Shown here: piece after piece, positions 39,356-47,222 of the stretch | Layout: each line of letters opens with the position of its first letter | Position numbering within the stretch: the first letter of the stretch is position 1 | Source: an uncultured Gammaproteobacteria bacterium | GTDB lineage: Bacteria > Patescibacteriota > Patescibacteriia > Magasanikbacterales > GWA2-37-8 | Reading direction: 5' to 3' | Length of the DNA stretch: 54,713 nt | Assembly: GCA_964641245.1 (NCBI GenBank) | Contig: CAZXML010000007.1 | Span: 1-54,713, forward strand | The notes under the pieces: generated by a model | Databases searched by the model: none | Told to the model about the DNA's origin: nothing | Seen by the model: the letters and a program-made list of their open reading frames with translations, nothing else | Translations under genes and position numbers: made by a program

Positions 39356-40300
39356 ATGTTAGATCTAGTTATCATTGGCGGAGCGGCGGCCGGTTCCAGC
39401 GCGGCTATTTATTGCGCGCGTAGAAAATTAAATTTTAAAATCGTCGCTCTGGATACGGGCGGAGAAGTGGCGTTGTCCGGAGAGGTCGGCAATTGGCCGG
39501 GAATTTTAAGTATCCAGGGGTTTGAATTGGCGCAAAAATTTACCGAACACGTAAAATCTTATGGGGTAGAAATTGAAGAAGGTTGGAAAGTAGAAAAAAT
39601 TACTCCGGTAAAAAAACACTACTTACTTACCGCAGTCAATAGTGTTGGTGAAACCAAAGAGTTTGAAACAAAAACCGTCATCATCGCTACCGGTATTCAT
39701 CCGCGTCATTTGTCTGTGCCCGGAGAAAAAGAGCTTTATCAAAAAGGCGTCACTTATTGCACGGTTTGCGACGGCCCTCTTTTTAAAAATAAAACAACTG
39801 TTACCATCGGTTCCGGAAATTCCGCCTTGGAATCGGCCTTAATGATGGCGGGAATTGCCAAAAAGGTTTACGTGCTAAGTAAATTCGCCAATACGCCAGA
39901 ACAAAAAGGCGGTTTTCCCAAAGGGGAAGATATTCTGATAGAAAAAGTAAAATCCATGCCTAACGTGGAAATTATTTACGAGGCCGTTACCACCAGCTTT
40001 GCCGGCAAGGATAAAGTTGAAAGTCTAAAGTATAAAGATAAAACAGGTGAGCACGAATTAGCGGTGGAAGGCGTAATGGTTCACATTGGCCAGATACCAA
40101 ATTCCCAGTTTGCCGATAAAGTAAAAAAGAATAAAATCGGTGAAATAATGGTTGATGAAAAATGCCGTACCAACCGCCGCGGAATTTTTGCCGCCGGCGA
40201 CGTCACCGACGTAGCCTACAAACAAATCGGCATTGCCGCCGGCCAGGGAATTATTGCGGCCCTAGCCACAATAGAGTATATTAACATGTGGAAAGAATAA
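39356..40300 (+). CDS. trxB: Thioredoxin reductase-like FAD oxidoreductase
   Basis: IIGGAAAG, GVTYCTVCDG, FAAGDVT, KQI. Confidence 0.88.
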   Translation: MLDLVIIGGAAAGSSAAIYCARRKLNFKIVALDTGGEVALSGEVGNWPGILSIQGFELAQKFTEHVKSYGVEIEEGWKVEKITPVKKHYLLTAVNSVGETKEFETKTVIIATGIHPRHLSVPGEKELYQKGVTYCTVCDGPLFKNKTTVTIGSGNSALESALMMAGIAKKVYVLSKFANTPEQKGGFPKGEDILIEKVKSMPNVEIIYEAVTTSFAGKDKVESLKYKDKTGEHELAVEGVMVHIGQIPNSQFADKVKKNKIGEIMVDEKCRTNRRGIFAAGDVTDVAYKQIGIAAGQGIIAALATIEYINMWKE

Positions 40301-40317
40301 TTCTTAATTCAAATTTT

Positions 40318-40632
40318 ATGCCATTCGCGGATATTTTATCCACCCTTCCCTGGCCTTTGCTAGATATCGTCATGAATGTCGTGGCCGGGCTGGGCGCTAT
40401 TGTGCTTACCTACGGCGTTTTCTTGGAAGCGGAACGCAGGCAGGACGCGGTATTTATTATTGCCTCGGCCTGTCTTCTGTCCTATGCGGTTTGGATTGGC
40501 AACAAAATATTTTCTCTGGCCATGGCCGGATTATTCATCGGCAGTTGTATAGAATTTCTGGAAATCTTAACCGGCAAACACCAGCACAACGAATCAATGA
40601 TAGAAAAATATAAAAATCCCAAAGCCAAATAA
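40318..40632 (+). CDS. Small membrane protein
   Basis: 3-4 hydrophobic segments; in operon. Confidence 0.7.
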   Translation: MPFADILSTLPWPLLDIVMNVVAGLGAIVLTYGVFLEAERRQDAVFIIASACLLSYAVWIGNKIFSLAMAGLFIGSCIEFLEILTGKHQHNESMIEKYKNPKAK

Positions 40633-40636
40633 ATTT

Positions 40637-41620
40637 ATGCACAATCTTATTACTATCGGCGACGCGGTTATTGATACCAATGTTTTTATAGACGATGCCA
40701 CTTTAGACTGTGATTATAATCACGAGAATTGTCTGCTTTGTCTGAACTACGCCAGCAAAATACCAATAACCGACAGCTACCAGGCGCTGGGCGGCAATGC
40801 GGCCAATGTGGCTGTGGGTACCGCCATGCTTGGGCTGACTTCCGCCATTATGACGGCGGTGGGTGATGATGCCAACGGGAAAATTATTCAGGATACTTTG
40901 GAAAAGCACGGGGTTAATACCGATTTATTGTCTTTGGATAAAAAAATTAAAACCCGCTATTCGGTGGTGCTAAATTTCAAAAAAGAGAGAACAATTTTAT
41001 CTTATCACCAGCAAAGAACTTACGACTTCCCGGCAAATTTTCCGGAAACAGACTGGATTTATTACTCCAGTCTAAGCGAAGGTTATGAAACCTTGCAGGA
41101 AAACCTGTTGGATTTTTTGAGCAAGCATAAAATTACGCGCTTGGCCTACAACCCGGGTTCTATTCAACTAAAAAATTTGGATCTAGTTAAAGAAATTTTG
41201 GCTCGCACGGATATTTTAATTGTAAATCTGGAGGAAGCGGAAAAAATACTGGAAACTACTTTAAATAAAACCAAAAGTGTCCGCGCCTTAATAAACGGAT
41301 TGCTAAATTTAGGCGCTAAAGAAGCCGTAATTACCAATGGCGGTGAAGGAGCCTGGGCCGGAAACAGAGAAGAGGTTTGGCAACTTCCCAGCTTTCCTGT
41401 TGAAGTACTTTCCAAAACCGGCGCCGGCGACGCATTTTCCGCCGGATATTTATCCGCCCGTTTCTATAATCACGACGTAAGTACCGCCCTAAGCTGGGGC
41501 ATTGCCAACAGTTGCGCTATTATTTCTTCCCCCGGCCCGGAAAAAAACCTCCTAAACAAAAAAGAAATCACCAAAATGATTTCCAAATATTCTTCTATTC
41601 AACCAGTTTTGTCATCTTGA
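40637..41620 (+). CDS. PfkB-family carbohydrate kinase
   Basis: GGNAANVA, VGDD..G, NLEEA, KTGAGDAFSAG. Confidence 0.93.
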   Translation: MHNLITIGDAVIDTNVFIDDATLDCDYNHENCLLCLNYASKIPITDSYQALGGNAANVAVGTAMLGLTSAIMTAVGDDANGKIIQDTLEKHGVNTDLLSLDKKIKTRYSVVLNFKKERTILSYHQQRTYDFPANFPETDWIYYSSLSEGYETLQENLLDFLSKHKITRLAYNPGSIQLKNLDLVKEILARTDILIVNLEEAEKILETTLNKTKSVRALINGLLNLGAKEAVITNGGEGAWAGNREEVWQLPSFPVEVLSKTGAGDAFSAGYLSARFYNHDVSTALSWGIANSCAIISSPGPEKNLLNKKEITKMISKYSSIQPVLSS

Positions 41621-41728
41621 GCCATGGCTTACTGTCATTGCGAGGAGCCGTAGCGACGCGGCAATCCCATTGTCCGGCACTACCAGTACTTTGGGATTGC
41701 TTCCCCGCCTCGGCGGGTCGCAATGACA
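41610..41728. repeat. Partial TGTCATCTTGAGC end (supplies the pfkB stop) followed by a family C element (41633-41728)
   Basis: TGTCATTGCGAGGAGCCGTAGCGACGCGGCAATCCC...TCGCAATGACA. Confidence 0.9.
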
Positions 41729-41733
41729 AAAAT

Positions 41734-42513
41734 TTAGCTGTTAAAAAAATCAATCTGCATCGGAATATGAATACCGCGCAACCGGCTTAATTCTATTTTC
41801 CTTCCCGCAAAAAAATCCGGCGCCGCGCAAACCGCATCATAATCCAATTCCGTTCCGAGCGAACACAGACTATGTTCAAAATCTCTTATTTTAGAATTTA
41901 TTTCCCCAAATAAAACTGAGTCTTTTTCTTCCTGCCACGCCAGATTCCACAATGCCGTTAAATGAAATTTTATTTCCCCCAGCAATTTTTCGTACTCCTC
42001 AATTTTATTAAAATATTTTTTTTGATTCACGCCCACCAAATCTCTGTTTACATAATCCTTTAGTTGCACTTGCATATTTACCAGCTCTCCGCATAATTCC
42101 GCCCTTTCTTCCGGCGTAAAAAAACTAGCCGCTCTGCCGGTTTGCAGATCTTTTAATTCCCCGTTAAAGGCCTTAAAATCCAGATATTTTTCATGCAACC
42201 CCTCGCTCATCTGCGGCAACAAAAAATGCTCGCCCAATTGATCCCGCGCCACATCTAAAAAATGTTTATAAGCCTGATTCCACGGCCAAATATCATAACC
42301 GAATTTTATCATGGTGTTTTCTATCTTTCTCACATTCATGCTTGATTTGTCCCGATTTTCCTTCGTGGAAAATCGAGGATCCGCGATTTCAGCCGATGCT
42401 GAAATCGGGACCATATCCTCCAATTCATTTTTCATTTCCAAAGCCACCTCCGCCGGAAAAAGCGGGGGCAGATGATTGTATAAATGCTCAAATAATTCTA
42501 TTGTTGATTGCAT
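41734..42513 (-). CDS. Hypothetical protein carrying a family E insertion
   Basis: 259-aa ORF overlapping the end of the trmH-like gene. Confidence 0.7.
   Translation of the reverse strand: MQSTIELFEHLYNHLPPLFPAEVALEMKNELEDMVPISASAEIADPRFSTKENRDKSSMNVRKIENTMIKFGYDIWPWNQAYKHFLDVARDQLGEHFLLPQMSEGLHEKYLDFKAFNGELKDLQTGRAASFFTPEERAELCGELVNMQVQLKDYVNRDLVGVNQKKYFNKIEEYEKLLGEIKFHLTALWNLAWQEEKDSVLFGEINSKIRDFEHSLCSLGTELDYDAVCAAPDFFAGRKIELSRLRGIHIPMQIDFFNS
42349..42411. repeat. Double-hairpin element family E, 63 bp in frame (VPISASAEIADPRFSTKENRD)
   Basis: Reverse complement: GTCCCGATTTCAGC..GCTGAAATCGCGGATCCTCGATTTTCC..GGAAAATCGGGAC. Confidence 0.85.
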
Positions 42514-43016
42514 ATACTAATACGATACATTGCTATTCCCGTCGCCACGCTGACATTTAAACTATTTTTCTTTCCCTTCATTGGTATTTCCACGGACTGA
42601 TCACAATATTTAAGCAAAGATTTTGATACGCCGGTTTTTTCATTTCCCAGCACCAAAGCAATAGGAAATTTGGGAGACCAATCAAAAATATTCTGACTGG
42701 ACTTTGTTTGTTCCAGCGCTACTATATTATACCCTATTTCCTTTAATTCTTTAAGCAACCGACCGGCTTGCTTACGATACTCCCAAGGCATCCATTTTTC
42801 CGCGCCCAAAGAAACTTTGTCTATTTGCGTATGTGGCGGGCAAGGCGTATAACCCGTTAAGTACAATTTATCTACGCCCGCGCCATCCGCCGTCCGAAAA
42901 ATCGCGCCCACATTGTGGCCACTGCGGATGTTGGGGAGGATGAGAACGAGTCGTTTTAATTTGTCATCCTGAGCAAAACGAAGGATCTCTGTCTTCGTTG
43001 TTTTATTTTTAATCAT
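42498..43016 (-). CDS. TrmH/SpoU-family RNA methyltransferase
   Basis: NIRSGHNVGAIFRTAD, VLGNEKTGV, IPMKGKKNSLNVSVA. Confidence 0.93.
   Translation of the reverse strand: MIKNKTTKTEILRFAQDDKLKRLVLILPNIRSGHNVGAIFRTADGAGVDKLYLTGYTPCPPHTQIDKVSLGAEKWMPWEYRKQAGRLLKELKEIGYNIVALEQTKSSQNIFDWSPKFPIALVLGNEKTGVSKSLLKYCDQSVEIPMKGKKNSLNVSVATGIAMYRISICNQQ
42962..42992. repeat. Half family B element in the N-terminus of the trmH-like gene (TEILRFAQDD)
   Basis: TGTCATCCTGAGCAAAACGAAGGATCTCTGT. Confidence 0.8.
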
Positions 43017-43825
43017 AACGGACTTTTTATGTTCCTAAAACCCGGGTTTGTCATATGCGTATATATCTGGGTTGTACGGATATTAGCATGACCCAATAAT
43101 TCTTGCACATAACGCACATCCACCCCGTTTTCCAACAAATGGGTGGCAAAACTGTGGCGCAAACTGTGAAACGTCGCGTCCTTTCCAATACCCGTAGCCG
43201 CCAGAGCTTTCTCAAATATAATTTGCGCGGTTCGCGTTGTAAGTTTGCCCCCGCGATCGCTGGCAAAAACATAATCATCCTTATCTCTCAAATTTATAAG
43301 CGAAGCAACATCAGCTATAAGTTTCTCCGGAAACACCGTTATCCTATCCTTCTGCCCTTTAGCTTGTTTGATATGTATCATTAAATCTGCCAAATTTACA
43401 TCTTTTACCTTTAAATCTACCACCTCACTTACTCGAAGACCAGCTCCATAAGCCAGCGCAACCATTAGTCGATGTTTGTTATTCTTAATAGCGTTGATTA
43501 TACGCGCCACCTCTTCTCTAGTAAGTACCACCGGCAGTTTTTGCCTCCGTTTAGCAAATTTTATATCAATTTTTTGATTATTTTTAACAACATTATGATA
43601 AAAAAACTTAATGGCGTTAAGATATAGGTTCACAGTTTGCGGAGAATAGCGCTTTTCTTGTTTTGCCAATAAAAATCCACGAATAAACTCAAAATCCATC
43701 TTTTCAAAATCGCGACCCTTAACCCTAAAAAAGTCCGCCAAACAGCCGGTATAGCTCTTAATTGTCTGCCGGCTAAAATTTCGCAAACGCATTTCCTCCT
43801 CCGCTCGAACAAGGTATTGTTGCAT
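43013..43825 (-). CDS. Tyrosine recombinase, integron-integrase-like, lacking the IntI extra domain
   Basis: RLRNFSRQTIKSY N-terminus, YGAGLRVSE, KGQKDR, HSLRHSFATHLLENG, VQELLGH, TTQIYTH; its stop overlaps the trmH ATG (ATGA). Confidence 0.9.
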   Translation of the reverse strand: MQQYLVRAEEEMRLRNFSRQTIKSYTGCLADFFRVKGRDFEKMDFEFIRGFLLAKQEKRYSPQTVNLYLNAIKFFYHNVVKNNQKIDIKFAKRRQKLPVVLTREEVARIINAIKNNKHRLMVALAYGAGLRVSEVVDLKVKDVNLADLMIHIKQAKGQKDRITVFPEKLIADVASLINLRDKDDYVFASDRGGKLTTRTAQIIFEKALAATGIGKDATFHSLRHSFATHLLENGVDVRYVQELLGHANIRTTQIYTHMTNPGFRNIKSPL

Positions 43826-43860
43826 ACTAGTTAAGATGCTATAATTTTATCAATAACCAC

Positions 43861-43907
43861 AGTATACCAAAAGTACGCTTGTCATACAAGTTAATGAGTT
43901 GTATACG
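43861..43907. promoter_or_regulatory. Overlapping divergent promoters (Pint on minus, Pc-like on plus)
   Basis: Minus: TTGTAT-17-TATACT with TGn extension (43889-43861); plus: TTGTCA-17-TATACG (43879-43907). Confidence 0.55.
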
Positions 43908-43937
43908 AACTTTATTCGCATATAAACCAGTTAGCTG
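43905..43937 (+). other. attI-like recombination site; core G/TTAGCTG at 43930
   Basis: GTT core about 105 bp upstream of the integrase start; exact complement CAGCTAAC begins the downstream attC. Confidence 0.7.
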
Positions 43938-44121
43938 AAATATTCCTTTTCTTTTTTGGGCTATCGCCCAATTGTTTTAAAAAATTTTCAAATTTTTTTT
44001 TCTTTAATTATAGAGGGGAATAAGGTGTTTTCTCCGCTCCGCTACGAAAACGATTTATTTATAAGGGGAAACCGAATACAATATGATTACTTACAAGGTA
44101 GTCGATAATTAATCAATAACT

Positions 44122-44340
44122 ATGTCAAAACATAAAATCACATTGCAATATCTGGCAAAAAATATCTCTATCGTTATCGGCCTCGTGCTAATCTGGCGCG
44201 GAATCTGGTATGTACTGGACGGACTTGATAAATGGCTTTTTGACGGCAGTCATACTTGGACAGCGTTAGTCGGAATAATTATTGGCCTTATTATTTTATA
44301 TTTGCCAGATAAAGACTTAAAAGAGATTGAAAAATTATAA
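44122..44340 (+). CDS. Small 2-TM membrane protein (cassette gene 1)
   Basis: VLIWRGIWYVLD...IIGLIILYLPD. Confidence 0.8.
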   Translation: MSKHKITLQYLAKNISIVIGLVLIWRGIWYVLDGLDKWLFDGSHTWTALVGIIIGLIILYLPDKDLKEIEKL

Positions 44341-44342
44341 TT

Positions 44343-45287
44343 ATGCCTATTCTTTTTGATTCGCTACAACTTTTATTATTATTTGTCGCCTTGGGCTGGT
44401 CGGCGAATTTTGCTGTAAAAAATATTAAGTATTTGGGTGCTGTTTTAAAAATTCGCTTGTTCGCGTTTGGAATATTGCTTGGACTTATCACCAGTCTACC
44501 CGAACTTTCTTTGGGTATAAACGCAACGATTGACCGTGCCACAGCTTTATCGGTTGGCAATTTGCTCGGCGGAATAATTGTTATGCTTGGCCTTATCTTG
44601 GGCGCAAGCCTGATTCTCAATAGAAAGATAGCCACCGATGGACGCTTGGCTTCATTAATTCCGACAGTTTTGGTTATTTTTTCTCTGATCTTGTTTGGGG
44701 TTGACGGCAAATATGGTTTGTTTGACGGGCTGGCGATGATTGGTCTATATATCTGCCTGATTTTTTACTTGTATCGCCTAAACCATTTTAGCAATCATAA
44801 ACGCATAGAAATAACCGATAGCAATCGGGTCGGCAAGTCAATTGTTTTGGCTATTGTCGGAATTGTGGGCGTTCTTGTTGCTTCACATTGGATTGTAGGT
44901 ATAACATTGGATTTGCTAAATTATATTCAAGTTAGTCAATTGGTAATCGGGCTGGTGGTTTTTTCGATCGGCACAAATTTGCCGGAAATAAGCATTGCCA
45001 TTACTTCGTGGCGTAAAAAATCGTCCGAGCTTTCTTTGAGTCATCTGCTTAGTTCGTCTTTTACCAATGTTCTGGTCTTGGGAGTTTTGGCTCTTCTTCG
45101 CCCGATTATCTTTGATACCAATTCGGCATTTTGGATAGTGGCCTTGTTTTTGGGAATTATTTTGACATTGTTCGCATATTTTTATCACAGCGGAAAAAAA
45201 ATGGATCGGCGCGAAGGCGCGATTTTATTGGCAGGGTATATTTTATTTATAGCAGTAAATATTTATTTTGGTTTGTTCGGTAAATAG
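44343..45287 (+). CDS. Na+/Ca2+ antiporter (CaCA family; cassette gene 2)
   Basis: Two alpha repeats TSLPEL / GTNLPEI, VGNLLG, about 10 TMs. Confidence 0.9.
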   Translation: MPILFDSLQLLLLFVALGWSANFAVKNIKYLGAVLKIRLFAFGILLGLITSLPELSLGINATIDRATALSVGNLLGGIIVMLGLILGASLILNRKIATDGRLASLIPTVLVIFSLILFGVDGKYGLFDGLAMIGLYICLIFYLYRLNHFSNHKRIEITDSNRVGKSIVLAIVGIVGVLVASHWIVGITLDLLNYIQVSQLVIGLVVFSIGTNLPEISIAITSWRKKSSELSLSHLLSSSFTNVLVLGVLALLRPIIFDTNSAFWIVALFLGIILTLFAYFYHSGKKMDRREGAILLAGYILFIAVNIYFGLFGK

Positions 45288-45519
45288 AATCAAGGTGACG
45301 CGCCAGCGATAGAGATTTAGTTGAGCTAAATAAACAAATAAAAGGCAAAAATTCCCTCCCCTTAAACCCCTTCCTTTTTGCCTTTTATTTGAAGATAATA
45401 AGGAGTTTTAGATTTTGGGCATTCACCCCTAACCCCTCTGCCCAAAATCCAAAACGAAAAAAGAAATTTGAAAATCATTAAAACAACCGACTATCGTCGG
45501 AAAAGAAAAGGAATACATC

Positions 45520-45646
45520 AGCTAACAAGGTATAAGCGGTTACGGCTTGCTCCGTACCTCCGCAAGCCTCCACCCATATTTGCCAGTGGCAAGCACTTCG
45601 TGCAATTATACCACCGGCAAACATCGCTTATACCTGGACGTTATGC
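45520..45646 (+). other. attC-like site (127 bp)
   Basis: Inverse core AGCTAAC; inner arms AGGTATAAGCG / CGCTTATACCT; two internal hairpins; core GTTATGC. Confidence 0.8.
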
Positions 45647-45698
45647 AAAATCGCATGAAACTTTAATTAAAATATACAAAATAAAAATCCACAATTTT

Positions 45699-46526
45699 AT
45701 GCCCAACCCCCAAAACCATCAAATTGCCCTATTCAAAGGCAAGGCAATCAGAAAAATTATTTTTAACAAAGAGTGGTATTTTTCGGTTATTGATGTTGTG
45801 GAAGCGTTAACCGATAGCCCTACCCCAAGGCAATACTGGGGAAAAGTTAAGCAAAGAGAATATATTGATCAGCAGTTGTCCCCAATTTGGGTACAACTGA
45901 AATTAGAGAGCTCGGATGGCAAAAAATACGAGACAGATTGCGCCAATACCGAAGGAATGTTTAGAATCATACAATCAGTTCCATCACCCAAGGCCGAACC
46001 ACTAAAACGCTGGCTGGCAAAAGTTGGTTATGAACGCATACAAGAAATAGAGGATCCGGAACTTGCCACCAAACGCACAAGAATGTTGTACAAACTCAAA
46101 GGCTACCCAGAAGACTGGATTGAAAAAAGGATGCGGGGAATTGCTATCCGTGAAGAATTAACCGATGAGTGGCAAAAACGAGGCGCAGCTGAGGATCGCG
46201 ACTATGAAATTCTGACTGCGGAAATTTCTAAAGCAACTTTTGGCGTTACACCCAATCAATATAAAAAACTAAAGGGCTTAAAACAACAGAACCTGCGCGA
46301 CCATATGGACGATTTTGAGCTAATTTTTAGCATGCTTGGTGAACGGTCCACAACCGAAATTCATCGGCAAGAAAAATCCAAGGGTTTGCCGAAACTAAAA
46401 CATGACGCGCATAGAGGTGGAAGAGTGGCTGGGAACGCCAGAAAAGAATTGGAAAAAGAACTGGGCCGGCCGATTGTGTCAAAAAATAATTATTTGCCAA
46501 AATCAAAGAAGAACAAATTACTTTAA
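45699..46526 (+). CDS. BRO-N domain protein (phage antirepressor-like)
   Basis: EWYFSVIDVVEALT, DGKKYETDCANTEGMFRIIQSVPSPKAEP, NLRDHMD; start at MPNPQ. Confidence 0.88.
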   Translation: MPNPQNHQIALFKGKAIRKIIFNKEWYFSVIDVVEALTDSPTPRQYWGKVKQREYIDQQLSPIWVQLKLESSDGKKYETDCANTEGMFRIIQSVPSPKAEPLKRWLAKVGYERIQEIEDPELATKRTRMLYKLKGYPEDWIEKRMRGIAIREELTDEWQKRGAAEDRDYEILTAEISKATFGVTPNQYKKLKGLKQQNLRDHMDDFELIFSMLGERSTTEIHRQEKSKGLPKLKHDAHRGGRVAGNARKELEKELGRPIVSKNNYLPKSKKNKLL

Positions 46527-46561
46527 CTGTTTAATCCACAAACTCTGCCCCGCACAGCGCC
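46515..46561 (-). pseudogene. Remnant duplicate of the ruvC 3' end (AGQSLWIKQLK*)
   Basis: Direct repeat of 48488-48536 with synonymous differences and a 2-bp deletion. Confidence 0.85.
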
Positions 46562-46563
46562 TC

Positions 46564-46592
46564 TTGACATCTTGTTTCAAATATGATACAAT
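46564..46592 (+). promoter_or_regulatory. Promoter of the abiE module
   Basis: TTGACA-17-TACAAT with TGn extension; short inverted repeat ATGATA/TATCAT over the -10. Confidence 0.7.
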
Positions 46593-46604
46593 ATCATCAT
46601 ATAT

Positions 46605-47222
46605 ATGAAATATAGAGAAATTTTACTAGAACAACTCAAAAAACAGCCTTACTTCACTAAAAAGGACATACGCCAGTTAAGCGAGCAGTACAGGCTTAAA
46701 AGTACTACGGTTGATACTTATATCAGCCGGTCCTTAAAACGCAAAGATATAATCCCCTTAAAGAACGGCCTTTACGTGTCGGCGGATTTTTTTGATAAAA
46801 ATAAAGGTGATATTTCCTATTCGTTTTTTATTGCCAATATACTCCGCGCGCCATCATACATCAGCTCATGGGCCGCATTACAGTATTACAACCTGGCTAC
46901 AGAAATAATTCACACCACTACTTCCATAACGAACAAGGTTACCAGAGCATACCAGACAAAAATTGGAAGTTTCAGTTATCACTCAATAGCGGACGAGTTG
47001 TTTACCGATTTCTCTTTGACCAAAGGAAAGTTTGACTTTTTCATTGCCTCCCCCTCAAAAGCATTATTTGATTTGCTCTATTTTAAAACTCGCCGTTTTG
47101 GCGGATTAAGTATAGAGAATATAAAACTACTTATTTCCGAACTACGCATTGATTTTGACGAAATGGATAAAAACGAACAGGATAAATTTTTTTCTATGAT
47201 AAAAAAATATGTCAATAAATAA
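46605..47222 (+). CDS. Type IV TA antitoxin, AbiEi-like
   Basis: LKNGLY, PSYIS..AALQYYNL, IASPSKALFDLLY. Confidence 0.85.
   Translation: MKYREILLEQLKKQPYFTKKDIRQLSEQYRLKSTTVDTYISRSLKRKDIIPLKNGLYVSADFFDKNKGDISYSFFIANILRAPSYISSWAALQYYNLATEIIHTTTSITNKVTRAYQTKIGSFSYHSIADELFTDFSLTKGKFDFFIASPSKALFDLLYFKTRRFGGLSIENIKLLISELRIDFDEMDKNEQDKFFSMIKKYVNK

Larger units (their letters stand above)
43931..45640 (+). mobile_element. Integron-like gene cassette (2 genes + attC)
   Basis: Bounded by G/TTAGCTG and G/TTATGC crossover cores; genes point away from the integrase. Confidence 0.75.

Noticed and set aside
43013..43825. Calling the recombinase housekeeping XerC/XerD or a prophage integrase
   Set aside because: The IntI-like N-terminus and adjacent attI/attC-like sites fit an integron context better, and no phage structural genes are nearby; not formally excluded
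45468..45698. N-terminal extension of the BRO ORF
   Set aside because: Runs through the attC-like site; homology-like sequence starts at the ATG at 45699
45640..46560. BRO gene as a second complete cassette
   Set aside because: Begins after GTTATGC, but no matching GCATAAC/attC was found downstream; it ends in the ruvC remnant
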